NCBI RefSeq assembly: GCF_009914755.1
Contig: NC_060933.1
DNA from: the human T2T-CHM13v2.0 reference genome, Homo sapiens
Length of the DNA: 64,000 bases
Reading direction: 5' to 3' (one strand)
Numbering within the stretch: position 1 is the stretch's first letter; each line of letters begins with the position of its first letter. The notes beneath the pieces are model-generated. The model ran no database searches, had not been told where the DNA came from, and worked only from the letters and a program-made list of their open reading frames with translations. The position numbers were made by a program, and so were the translations under genes. Shown piece by piece: positions 14,960 to 28,834 of this stretch.

Positions 14960-16476
14960 TCCATTCTATTCCATTCCATTCCATTCTATTAGGGTTAATT
15001 CCATTCCATTCCATTCCATTCCATTCCATTCCATTCCATTGCAATCGAGTTGATTCCATTCCATTCTATTCCATTCCATTCCATTCAATTCCATTGAACT
15101 CGGGTTGATTCCATTCCATTCCATGCCATTCCATTTCATTCCAATCCATTGCCTTCCATTCCATTCCATTCCTCTGCACTCGGGTTGATTCCATTCCTTT
15201 CCATTCCATTCCATTCCATTCCATGCCATTCCACACGGGTTGATTCCATTACTTTCCATTCCATTCGAGTAGAATCCATTCCATTCGATTCCATTCCATT
15301 CCATTCCATTCCATTGCTCACGGATTCATTGCATTCCATTCCATTCCATTCCATTCTATTCCATTTCATTCCATTTCTTTCCATTCCATTCTCTTCCGTA
15401 CCATTCCATTCCATTCCATTCCACTTCATTCCATGCCATTCCACTCGGGTTTATTCCATTCCTTTCCATTCCATTCGGGTTGAATTCATTCCATTCCATT
15501 CCATTCCATTCCATTCCATTGCACTCGGGTTGATTCCATTCCATTCCATTCCATTTCATTCCATTCCCTTCCATTCCATTCCCTTCCATTCCATTCCATT
15601 CCATGCCATTCCACTCGGGTTGATTCCATTCCTTTCCATTCCATTCCAGTTGAACCCATTCCATTCTATTCCATTCCATTCCATTCCATTCCATTCCATT
15701 GCACACGGGTTCATTCCATTCCAATCCATTCCATTCCATTCCATTCCATTCCATTTCGTTCCATTCCATTCTATTCCTTACCATTCCATTCCATTCCATT
15801 CCCTTCCATGTCATTTCACTCGGGTTTATTCCATTCCTTTCCATTCCATTCCGGTTGAATCCATTCCATTCCATTCCATTCCATTCCATTGAACTCGGGT
15901 TGATTCCATTCCATTCCATGCCATTCCATTTCATTCCATTCCATTCCATTCCGTTCCATTCCATTCCATTCCTTTCCGTTCAATTCCATTACATTCGGAT
16001 TGATTCTTTTTAATTCCCTTACACTCAATTACATTCCATTCCATTCGGGTACTTTCCATTCCATTCCATTCCATTCCTCTGCATTCTATTGCACTCGGGT
16101 TGATTGATTCCATTCCATTGCATTCCATTCCATTCAGGATGATTCCATTCCATTGTATTCCCTTCCATTCCATTCCCCTGCACTCGTGTTGATTCCATTC
16201 CTTTCCATTCCATTCCATTCCGTTCCATTCCATTCCATTACATTCGTACTGATTGTACTCAATTCCCTTACACTCCATTACATTCCATTCCATTCGGGCT
16301 GTTTCCATTCCATTACATTCCATTCCACTCCATTCCATTGCAGTCAGGTTGATTCCATTCCATTCCATTCCATTTCATTCCATTCCATTCCATTTCGTTC
16401 CATTCTTTCTATTCCTTAACATTCCATTCCGTTCCATTCCATTCCATTCCATGCCATTCCACTCGGGTTGATTCCA
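14960..16476 (+). repeat. HSat3 sub-type 'B' segment abutting junction 1
   Basis: Markers CACTCGGGTTTATTCC, GCACACGGGTTCATTCC, GTTGAACCC and GCTCACG; boundaries approximate. Confidence 0.7.
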
Positions 16477-16498
16477 TGGAATGGAATCAACCCGAGTG
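16460..16498. other. Inversion junction 1: perfect 18-bp inverted repeat with 3-nt loop
   Basis: CACTCGGGTTGATTCCAT-GGA-ATGGAATCAACCCGAGTG. It also contains the 12-bp palindrome ATTCCATGGAAT (16471-16482). Confidence 0.92.
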
Positions 16499-19400
16499 CA
16501 ATCGAATGGAATCGAATGTAATGGAATGCAATGGAATGGATTCAACTTGAATGGAATGGAAAGAATGGAATCAACACGAGTGGAATGGCATGGATTGGAA
16601 TGGAATGGAATGGAATCAACCCGAGTACAGGGGAATGGAATGGAATGGAATGCAATGGAATGGAATCATCCGTAATGGAATGGAAAGGAATGGAATGAAA
16701 CGGAATGGAATGGAATGGAATGGAATCAACTCGATTGCAATCGAATGGAATGGAATGGAATTAACAGAATAGAATGGAATGGAATGGAATGGAATGGAAC
16801 GGAACGGAATGGAATGGAATGGAATGGAATGGAATAGAATAGAATGGAAAGGAAGGGAATGGAATGGAATAGAATGGAATGGAATGGAATCAACGCGACT
16901 GCAGGGGAATGGAATGGAATGGAATGCAATGGAATGGAATCTTCCGGAATGGAATGGAATGGAATGGAATGGAATAAACCCGAGTGCAATGGAATGGAGT
17001 GGAATGGAATGGAATGGAATGGAACAACCCGAATGGAATGGAATGTAATGGAGAGTAAGGGAGTTGAATAGAATCAATCCGAATGTAATGGAATGGAATG
17101 GAACGGAATGGAATTGAATGGAATGGAATGGAATGCAATGGAATGGAATCAACCCGAGTGCAATGGAATGGAGAGGAATGGAATGGAATGGAATGGAAAC
17201 TACCCGAATGGAATGGAATGTAATGGAGTGTAAGGGAATTGAATAGAATGAATCCGAATATAAAGGAATGGAATGGAACGGAATGGAATGGAATGGAATG
17301 GAATGGAATGGAATGGAATGCAATGGAATGGAATCAACCCGAGTGCAATCGAATGGAATCGAATGGAATGGAATGCAATGGAATGGATTCAACTTGAATG
17401 GAATGGAAAGAATGGAATCAACACGAGTGGAATGGCATGGATTGGAATGGAATGGAATGGAATCAACCCGAGTACAGGGGAATGGAATGGAATGGAATGC
17501 AATGGAATGGAATCATCCGTAATGGAATGGAAAGGAATGGAATGGAATGGAATGGAATAGAATGGAATGGAATGGAATGGAATCAACTCGATTGCAATCG
17601 AATGGAATGGAATGGAATTAACCCGAATAGAATGGAATGGAATGGAATGGAACGGAACGGAATGGAATGGAATGGAATGGAATGGAACGGAATGGAACGG
17701 AATGGAATGGAATGGAATGGAATCAACGCGAGTGCAGGGGAATGGAATGGAATGGAATGCAATGGAATGGAATCTTCCGGAATGGAATGGAATGGAATGA
17801 AATGCAATGGATTCAACTCGATTGCAATGGAATGGAATAGAATGGAATGGATTGGAATTGAATGGAATTAACCCGAATACAATGGAATGGAATGGAATGG
17901 AACGGAATTGAACGGAATGGAATGGAATGGAATGGAATGGAATGGAATGGAATGGTATGGAATGGAATGGAATGGTACGGAATAGAATGGAATGGAACGA
18001 AATGTAATGAAATGGAATTGAATGGAATGGAATGGAATGGAATCAACCCGAGTGCAGGGGAATGTAATGGAACGGAATGCAATGGAATGGAATCATCCGG
18101 AATGGAATGGAATGGAATGGAATCAACCCGAGTGCAATGGAATGGAGTGGAATGGAATGGAATGGAATGGAACAAACCGAATGGAATGGAATGTAATGGA
18201 GAGTAAGGGAGTTGAATAGAATCAAACCGAATGTAATGGAATGGAATGCAACGGAATGGAATGGAATGGAATGGAATGGAATGGAATGGAATGCAAAGGA
18301 ATGGAATCAACCCGAGTGGAATGGCGTGGAATGGAATGCAATGGAATGGAATGGAATGGAATCAACTCGAGTGGAAAGGAATGGAATGGAATGGAAAGGA
18401 ATGGAATGAAATCAACTCGAGTGGAATGGAATGGAATGGAATGGAATGGAATGGAATGGATTGCAATGGAATGAAATGGAATGGAATGGAATGGAATCAA
18501 TCATTCCGAGTGGAATGGAAGGGAATGTAATGGAGTGGAAAGAAGGGAATGGAATCAACCCGATTGGAATACAAGACAATGGAATGGAATGGAAAGGAAT
18601 GGAATGGAATCAACTCGATTGCAATGGAATGGAATGGAATGGAATGGAATGGAATGGAATTAACCGGAATAGAATGGAATGCAATGGAATGGAACGGAAT
18701 GGAATGGAATGGAAGGGAATGGAATCAACACGAGTGCAGGGGAATGGAATGGAATGGAATGCAATGGAATGGAATCATCCGGAATGGAATGGAATGGAAT
18801 GGAATGGAATCAACTCCATTGCAATGGAATGGAATGCAATGGAATGGAATAGAATGGAATGGAATTAACCCGAATAGAATGGAATGCAATAGAATGGAAT
18901 GGAACGGAACTGAATGGAGTGGAATGGAATGGAATGGAATCAACCTGAGTGCAGGGGAATGGAATGGAATGGAATGCAATGGAATGGAATCATCCGGAAT
19001 GGAATGGAATGGAATGGAATGGAATCAAACCGAGTGCAATGGAATGGAGTGAAATGGAATGGAATGGAATGGAAACAACCAGAATGGATTGGAATATAAT
19101 GGAGTGTAAGGGAATTCAATAGAATCAATCTGAATGTAATGAAATGGAATGGAACGGAATGGAATGGAATGGAATGGAATCGAGTGGAATGGAATGGAAT
19201 GGAATCAACCAGAGTGCAATGGAATGGATTCGAATGGAATGGAATGGAGTGGAATGGATTCAACCCGAATGGAATGGAAAGGAATGGAATCAACCCGAGT
19301 GGAATGGCATGGAATGGAATGGAATGGAATGGAATGGAATGGAATGGAATGGAATGGAATGGAATGGTTCGGAATAGAATGGATTGGAACAAAATGGAAT

Positions 19401-22400
19401 GGAATGGAATGGAATGGAATGGAATCAAGTCGATTGCAATGGAATGGAATGGAATGGAATGGAATGGAACGGATTGGAATGGAATGGAATGGAATGGAAT
19501 GGAATTAAATGGAATGGAATGGAATGGAATAAACCCGAGTGCAGGGGAATGGAATGGAATGGAATGCAATGGAATGGAATGGAATGGAATGGAATGGAAT
19601 GGAATAGAATGGAATAGAATGGAATCAACCCGAGTGGAATGGCATGGAATGGAATGCAATGGAATGGCATGGAATGGAATCATCTCGAGTGGAAAGGAAT
19701 GGAATGGAATGGAAAGGAATGGAATGAAATCAACTCGAGTGGAATGGAATGGAATGCAATGGATTGGAATGGATTGCAATGGAATGAAATGGAATGGAAT
19801 GGAATGGAATAAATCATTCCGAGTGGAATGGAAGGGAATGTAATGGAGTGGAAAGAAGGGAATTGAATCAACCCGAGTGGAATGCAAGGCAATGGAATGG
19901 AATGGAAAGGAATGGAATGGAATCAACTCGATTGCAATGGAATGGAATGGAATGGAATGGAAATAACCCGAATAGAATGGAATGGAATGGAATGGAACGG
20001 AATGTAATGGAATGGAATGGAATCAACACGAGTGCAGGGGAATGGAATGGAAAGGAATGCAATGGAATGGAATCATCCGGAATGGAATGGAATGGAATGG
20101 AATGGAATGGAATGGAATGGAATGGAATCAACTCGATTTCAATGGAATGGATTGGAATAGAATGGAATGGAATTAACACGAATAGAATGGAATGGAATGG
20201 AATGGAACGGAACGGAACGGAAGGAATGGTGTGGAATGGAATGGAATCAACCCAAGTGCAGGGGAATGGAATGGAATGGAATTCAATGGAATGGAATCAT
20301 CCGGAATGGAATGGAATGAAATGGAATGGAATGGAATGGAATGGAATGGAATGGAATCAACCCGAGTGCAATGGAATGGAGAGGAATGGAATGGAAAGCA
20401 AGGGAAACTACCCGAATGGAATGGAATGTAATGGAGTGTAAGGGAATTCAATAGAATCAATCCGAATGTAATGGAATGGAATGGAACGGAATGGAATGGA
20501 ATGGAATGGAATCAACCCGAGTGCAATCGAATGGAATCGAATGCAATGGAATGCAATGGAATGGATTCAACTTGAATGGAATGGAAAGAATGGAATCAAC
20601 ACGAGTGGAATGGCATGGATTGGAACGGAATGGAATGGAATCAACCCGAGTACAGGGGAATGGAATGGAATGGAATGCAATGGAATGGAATCATCCGTAA
20701 TGGAATGGAAAGGAATGGAATGGAATGGAATGGAATGGAAAGGAATGGAATAGAATGGAATGGAATGGAATGGAATGGAATGGAATTGAATGGAATCAAC
20801 TCGATTACAATCGAATGGAATGGAATGGAATTAACGCAAATAGAATGGAATGGAATGGAATGGAATGGAACGGAACGGAACGGAATGGAATGGAATGGAA
20901 TGGAATGGAATGCAATGGAACGGAACGGAATGGAATGGAATGGAATGGAATGGAATGGAATGGAATGGAATGGAATGGAATGGAATCAACGCGAGTGTAG
21001 GGGAATGGAATGGAATGGAATGGAACGCAATGGAATGGAATCTTCCGGAATGGAATTGTATGGAATGGAATGGAATGGAATGGAATGGAATGGAATGGAA
21101 TTGAATGGAATCAACTGGATTACAATCGAATGGAATGGAATGGAATTAACGCGAATAGAATGGAATGGAATGGAATGGAACGGAACGGAACGGAATGGAA
21201 TGGAATGGAATGGAATGGAATGCAATGGAACGGAACGGAATGGAATGGAATGGAATGGAATGGAATGGAATCAACGCGAGTGTAGGGGAATGGAATGGAA
21301 TGGAACGCAATGGAATGGAATCTTCCGGAATGGAATGGTATGGAATGGAATGGAATGGAATGGAATGGAAAGGAATGGAATGGAATGCAATGGATTCAAC
21401 TCGATTGCAATGGAATGGAATAGAATGGAATGGAATGGAATGGAATGGAATGGAATTAACCCGAATAAAATGGAATGGAATGGAATGGAACGGAACGGAA
21501 CGGAACGGAACGGAAAGGAAAGGAACGGAATGGAATGGAATGGAATGGAATGGAAGTGAATGGAATGGTATGGAATAGAATGGAATGGAATGAATTGGAA
21601 TGGAATGGAATCGAATGGAATGGAATGGAATGGAATGCAATTAACCCGAGTGCAGGGGAGTGTAATGGAACGGAATGCAATGGAATGGAATCATCCGGAA
21701 TGGAATGGAATGGAATGGAATGGAATGGAATGGAATGGAATCAACCCGAGTGCAATGGAATGGAGTGGAATGGAATGGAATGGAATGGAACAACCCGAAT
21801 GGAATGGAATGTAATGGAGAGTAAGGGAGTTGAATACAATCAATCCGAATGTAATGGAATGGAATGGAACGGAATGGAATGGAATGGAATGGAATGGAAT
21901 GCAATGGAATGGAATCAACCCGAGTACAGGGGAATGGAATGGAATGGAACGCAATGGAATGGAATCTTCCGGAATGTAATGTAATGGAATGGAATGGAAT
22001 GGAATGCAATGGATTCAACTCGATTGCAATGGAATGGAATAGAATGGAATGGAATGGAATGGAATGGAATTAACCGGAATAAAATGGAATGGAATGGAAT
22101 GGAACGGAACGGAACGGAACGGAACGGAACTGAATGGAATGGAATGGAATGTAATGGAATGGAATGGAATTGTATGGAATGGAATGGAATGGTATGGAAT
22201 AGAATGGAATGAAAAGAATTGGAATGGAATGGAATCGAATGGAATGGAATGGAATGGAATGGAATTAACCCGAGTGCAGGGGAATGTAATGGAACGGAAT
22301 GCAATGGAATGGAATCATCCGGAATGGAATGGAATGGAATGCAATGGAATGGAATGGAATGGAATCAACCCGAGTGCAATGGAATGGAGTGAAATGGAAT

Positions 22401-25400
22401 GGAATGGAATGGAAACAACCAGAATGGATTGGAATATAATGGAGTGTAAGGGAATTGAATAGAATCAATCTGAATGTAATGAAATGGAATGGAACGGAAT
22501 GGAATGGAATGGAATGGAATGGAATGCAATGGAATGGAATCAACCCGAGTGCAATCGAATGGAATCGAATGGAATGGAATGCAATGGAATGGATTCAACT
22601 TGAATGGAATGGAAAGAATGGAATCAACACGAGTGGAATGGCATGGATTGGAATGGAATGGAATGGAATCAACCCGAGTACAGGGGAATGGAATGGAATG
22701 GAATGCAATGGAATGGAATCATCCGTAATGGAATGGAAAGGAATGGAATGGAACGGAATGGAATGGAATTGAATGGAATCAACTCGATTGCAATCGAATG
22801 GAATGGAATGGAATTAACCGAATAGAATGGAATGCAATGGAATGGAACGGAACGGAATGGAATGGAATGGAATGGAATGGAATAGAATGGAACGGAAAGG
22901 AAGGGAATGGAATGGAATAGAATGGAATGGAATGGAATCTACGCGACTGCAGGGGAATGGAATGGAATGGAATGCAATGGAATGGAATCTTCCCGAATGG
23001 AATGGAATGGAATGGAATAAACCCGAGTGCAATGGAATGGAGTGGAATGGAATGGAATGGAATGGAACAACCCGAATGGAATGGAATGTAATGGAGAGTA
23101 AGGGAGTTGAATAGAATCAATCCGAATGTAATGGAATGGAAAGGAACGGAATGGAATTGAATGGAATGGAATGGAATGGAATGGAATGGAATGGAATGCA
23201 ATGGAATGGAATCAACCCGAGTGCAATGGAATGGAGAGGAATGGAATGGAATGGAATGGAAACTACCCGAATGGAATGGAATGTAATGGAGTGTAAGGGA
23301 ATTGAATAGAATCAATCCGAATGTAATGGAATGGAATGGAACGGAATGGAATGGAATGGAATGGAATGGAATGGAATGGAATGGAATGCAATGGAATGGA
23401 ATCAACCCGAGTGCAATCGAATGGAATCGAATGGAATGGAATGCAATGGAATGGATTCAACTTGAATGGAATGGAAAGAATGGAATCAACACGAGTGGAA
23501 TGGCATGGATTGGAATGGAATGGAATGGAATCAACCCGAGTACAGGGGAATGGAATGGAATGGAATGCAATGGAATGGAATCATCCGTAACGGAATGGAA
23601 AGGAATGGAATGGAATGGAATGGAATGGAATGGAATGGAATGGAATCAACTCGATTGCAATCGAATGGAATGGAATGGAATTAACCCGAATAGAATGGAA
23701 TGGAATGGAATGGAACGGAACGGAATGGAATGGAATGGAATGGAATGGAACGGAATGGAACGGAATGGAATGGAATGGAATGCAATGGAATGGAATCAAC
23801 CCGAGTACAATGGAACGGAATGTAATGTAATGTAATGGAATGGAATGGAATGGAATGGAATGGAATGGAATGGAATGGAATGGAATCAACGCGAGGGCAG
23901 GGGAATGTGATGGAACGGAATGCAATGGAATGGAATCATCCGGAATGGAATGGAATGGAATGGAATGGAATGGAATGGAATGGAATGGAATCAACCCGAG
24001 TGCAACGGAATGGAGTGGAATGGAATGGAATGGAATGGAACAACGCGAATGGAATGGAATGTAATGGAGAGTAAGGGAGTTGAATAGAATCAATCTGAAT
24101 GTAATGGAACAGAATGCAACGGAATGGAATGGAATGGAATGGAATGGAATGGAATGCAATGGAATGGAATCAACCCGAGTACAATGGAATGGAATGGAAT
24201 GGAATGGAATGGAATGGAATGGAAGGGAATGGAATTGATTGGAATGCCTTCAAACCGAATGGAATGGAAAGGAATGGAATCAACACGAATGGAATGGAAT
24301 GGAATGGAATGGAATGATACGGAATAGAATGGAATGGAACGAAATGGAATGGAATGGAATGGAATCGAATGGAATGGAATGGAATCGTTCCGAGTGGAAT
24401 AGGAGGGAATGTATTCGAGTGGAATGGAAAGGAATGGAATCAACCAGAGTAGAATGGAAGGGAATGGAATGGAATGGAAACTAATAGAATGGAATCAACC
24501 CGAATGGAATGGAATGGAAAGGACTGGAATGGAAAGGAATGGAATGGAATGGAATGGAATGGAATCAACGCGAGTGCAGGGGAATGGAATGGAATGGAAT
24601 GGAATGGAATGGAAAGTAATGGAATGGAATCAACCCGAGTGCAGGGGAACGTAATGGAACGGAATGCAATGGAATGGAATCATCCGGAATGGAATGGAAT
24701 GGAATGGAATGGAATCAACCCGAGTGCAATGGAATGGAGTGGAATGGAATGGAATGGAATGGAACAACCCGAATGGAATGGAATGGAATGGAGAGTAAGG
24801 GAGTTGAAAAGAATCAATCCGAATGTAATGGAATGGAATGGAACGGAATGGAATGGAATGGAATGGAATGGAATGCAATGGAATGGAATCAACCCGAGTA
24901 CAATGGAATGGAACGGAATGGAATGGAATGGAATGGAATGGAATGGAATGGAATGGAATGCAATGGAATGGAATCTTCCGGAATGGAATGGAATTGAATG
25001 GAATGGAATGGAATGCAATGGATTCAACTCGATTGCAATGGAATGGAATAGAATGGAATGGAATGGAATGGAATGGAATGGAATTAAACCGAATAGAATG
25101 GAATGGAATGGAATGGAACGGAACGGAACGGAACGGAACGGAACGGAGTGGAATGGAATGGAATGGAATTGTATGGAATGGAATGGAATGGTACGGAATA
25201 GAATGGAATGGAAAGAATTGGAATGGAATGGAATCGAATGGAATGGAATGGAATGGAATGGAATGGAATCAACCGGAGTGCAATGGAATGGAGTGGAACG
25301 GAATGGAATGGAATAGAACAACCCGAATGGAATGGAATGTAATGGATAGTAAGGGAGTTCAATAGAATCAATGCGAATGTAATGGAATGGAACGGAATGG

Positions 25401-25844
25401 AATGGAATGGAATGGAATGGAATGCAATGGAATGGAATCAACCCGAGTACAATGGAACGGAATGTAATGTAATGTAATGGAATGGAATGGAATGGAATGG
25501 AATGGAATGGAATCAACCCGAGTGCAATGGAATGGAGAGGAATGGAATGGAATGGAATGGAAACTACCCGAATGGAATGGAATGTAATGGAGTGTAAGGG
25601 AATTGAATAGAATCAATCCGAAAGGAATGGAATGGAATGGAACGGAATGTAATGTAATGGAATGGAATGGAATCAACCCGAGTGCAGGAGAATGGAATGG
25701 AATGGAATGCAATGGAATGGAATCATCCGGAATGGAATGGAATGGAATGCAATGGAATGGAATGGAATGGAATCAACCTGAGTGCAATGGAATGGACTGA
25801 AATGGAATGGAATGGAATGGAAACAACCAGAATGCAATGGAATG
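16477..25844 (-). repeat. HSat3 block 2, inverted (GAATG on + strand), about 9.4 kb
   Basis: Read directly; the same modules as block 1 in reverse complement (e.g. GGATTCAACTTGAATGG). Confidence 0.97.
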
Positions 25845-25855
25845 CACTCGGGTTG
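25835..25855. other. Inversion junction 2 (GAATG to CATTC) overlapping at TGCA
   Basis: caatggaaTGCActcgggttg; TGCA (25843-25846) can belong to either side. Confidence 0.9.
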
Positions 25856-28834
25856 ATTCCATTCCATTGCATTCCATTCCATTCCATTCCATTCCATTCC
25901 TTTCCGTTCCATTCCATTTCATTACATTCAGATTGATTCTATTCAATTCCCTTACACTCCATTATATTCCAATCCATTCTGGTTGTTTCCATTCCATTCC
26001 ATTCCATTTCACTCCATTCCTTTGCACTCGGGTTGATTCCATTCCATTCCATTCCATTCCATTCCGGATGATTCCATTCCATTGCATTACATCCCATTCC
26101 ATTCCCCTGCACTCGGGTTGATTCCATTCCAGTCCATTACATTACATTCCGTTCCATTACATTCCATTCCATTCGGATTGATTCTATTCAATTCCCTTAC
26201 ACTTCATTACATTCCATTCCATTCGGGTAGTTTCCATTCCATTCCATTCCTTTCCTCTCTATTCCATTGCACTCGGGTTGATTCCATTCCATTCCATTCC
26301 ATTCCATTCCATTCCATTCCATTCCATTCCATTCCATTCCATTCCATTGTACTCGGGTTCATTCCATTGCATTGCATTCCATTCCATTCCATTCCGTTCC
26401 ATTCCGTTCCATTCCATTCCATTACATTCGGATTGATTCTATTCAACTCCCTTACTCTCCATTACATTCCATTCCATTCGGGTTGTTCCATTCCATTCCA
26501 TTCCATTCCAATCCATTCCATTGCCCTCGGGTTGGTTCCATTCCATTCCATTCCATTCCATTCCATTCCATTCCATTCCATTCGATTCGATTCCATTCGA
26601 TTCATTCCATTCCAATTCTTTCCATTCCATTCTATTCTGTACCATTCCATTCCATTCCATACAATTCCATTCCATTCCATTCCATTCCATTCCATTCCAT
26701 TCGGTTCCGTTCCGTTCCGTTCCGTTCCATACCATTCCATTGCATTCTATTCGGGTTAATTCCATTCCATTCCATTCCATTCCATTCCATTACATTCTAT
26801 TCCATTTCATTGCAATCGAGTTGAATCCATTGCATTCCATTCCATTCCATTCCATTCCATTCCATTCCATTCCATTCCGTTGCATTCCATTACGGATGAT
26901 TCCATTCCATTGCATTACATTCCATTCCATTCCCCTGTACTCGGGTTGATTCCATTCCATTCCATTCCAATCCATGCCATTCCACTCGTGTTGATTCCAT
27001 TCTTTCCATTCCATTCAAGTTGAATCCATTCCATTGCATTCCATTCCATTCGATTCCATTCGATTGCACTCGGGTTGATTCCATTCCATTCCATTCCATT
27101 CCATTCTAATCCATTCCATTCCATTCCATTCCGGAAGATTCCATTCCATTTCATTCCATTCCATTCCATTCCCCTGCACTCACGTTGATTCCTTTCCATT
27201 CCATTCCATTCCATTCCATTCCGTTCCGTTCCGTTCCATTCCATTCCATTCCATTCCGTTCCGTTCCGTTCCGTTCCGTTCCATTCCATTCCATTCCATT
27301 CTATTCGGGTTAATTCCATTCCATTCCATTCCATTCCATTCCAATCGAGTTGATTCCATTCCATTCCATTCCAGTCCATTCCATTCCATTCCACTCCATT
27401 CCAGTCCTTTCCATTCCATTCCACTCGGCTTGATTCCAATGTATTCCTTTCCATTCCATTCCATTCCATTGCAATCGAGTTGATTCCATTGCTTTGCATT
27501 CCATTCCATTCCATTCCATTCCGGATGATTGCATTCCATTGCATTCCATTCCATTCCATTCCCCTGCACTCGGGTTGATTCCACTCCATTCCACTCCATT
27601 TCATTCCATTCCATTCCATTCCATTGTATTCGGGTTAATTCCATTCCATTCCATTCCATTCCATTCCATTCCATTACAATCGAGTTGATTCCATTCCATT
27701 CCATTCAATTCCAGTCCTTTCCATTCCATTCCACTCGGGTTGATTCCATTCTATTAGTTTCCATTCCATTCCATTCCCTTCCATTCCACTCTGGTTGATT
27801 CCATTCCTTTCCATTCCACTCGAATACATTCCCTCCTATTCCACTCGGAACCATTCCATTCCATTCCATTCCATTCCATTCCATTCCATTCCATTCCATT
27901 TCGTTCCATTCCATTCTATTCCGTATCATTCCATTCCATTCCATTCCATTCCATTCCATTCCATTCCATTCCATTCCATTGTACTCGGGTTGATTCCATT
28001 CCATTCCATTCCATTCCATTCCATTCTATTCCATTCCTTTCCGTTCCGTTCCATTCCATTGCATTCCATTCCATTCTATTCGGGTTAATTCCATTCCATT
28101 CCATTCGATTGAAATCGAGTTGATTCCATTCCATTCCATTCCATTCCATTCCATTCTATTCCATTCCTTTCCATTCCATTACGGATGATTCCATTCCATT
28201 GCATTCCATTCCATTCCATTCCCCTGTACTCGGGTTGATTCCATTCCATTGCATTCCAATCCATGCCATTCCACTCGTGTTGATTCCATTCTTTCCATTC
28301 CATTCAAGTTGAATCCATTCCATTGCATTCCATTCCATTCGATTCCATTCGATTGCACTCGGGTTGATTCCATTCCATTGCATTCCATTCCATTCCATTC
28401 CATTCCATTCCATTCCGTTCCGTTCCGTTCCGTTCCGTTCCATTCCATTCCATTCCATTCTATTCGGGTTAATTCCATTCCATTCCATTCCATTCCATTC
28501 CATTCCATTCCATTCCATTCCAATCGAGTTGATTCCATTCCATTCCATTCCATTCCATTCCACTCCATTCCAGTCCTTTCCATTCCATTCCACTCGGGTT
28601 GATTCCAATGTATTCCTTTCCATTCCATTCCATTCCATTGCAATCGAGTTGATTCCATTGCTTTGCATTCCATTCCATTCCATTCCATTCCGGATGATTC
28701 CATTCCATTGCATTCCATTCCATTCCATTCCCCTGCACTCGGGTTGATTCTATTCCATTCCACTCCATTCCGTTCCATTCCATTCCATTCCATTGTATTC
28801 GGGTTAATTCCATTCCATTCCATTCCATTCCATT

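Larger units (their letters stand above)
1..16476 (+). repeat. HSat3 block 1, CATTC on + strand
   Basis: Read directly; ends at ...gggttgattcca|tggaatgg. Confidence 0.97.

Noticed and set aside
16477-25844. Block 2 as a transposon or site-specific invertible element
   Set aside because: There are no terminal inverted repeats matching the two ends, no target-site duplication and no recombinase. The two junctions do not look like reciprocal products of one simple inversion.
25010-26840. Fold-back read or chimera artefact as the explanation of the junctions
   Set aside because: The mirrored arms are visibly diverged and separated by spacers, whereas an artefact would give near-identical arms. 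It is not fully excluded without reads.
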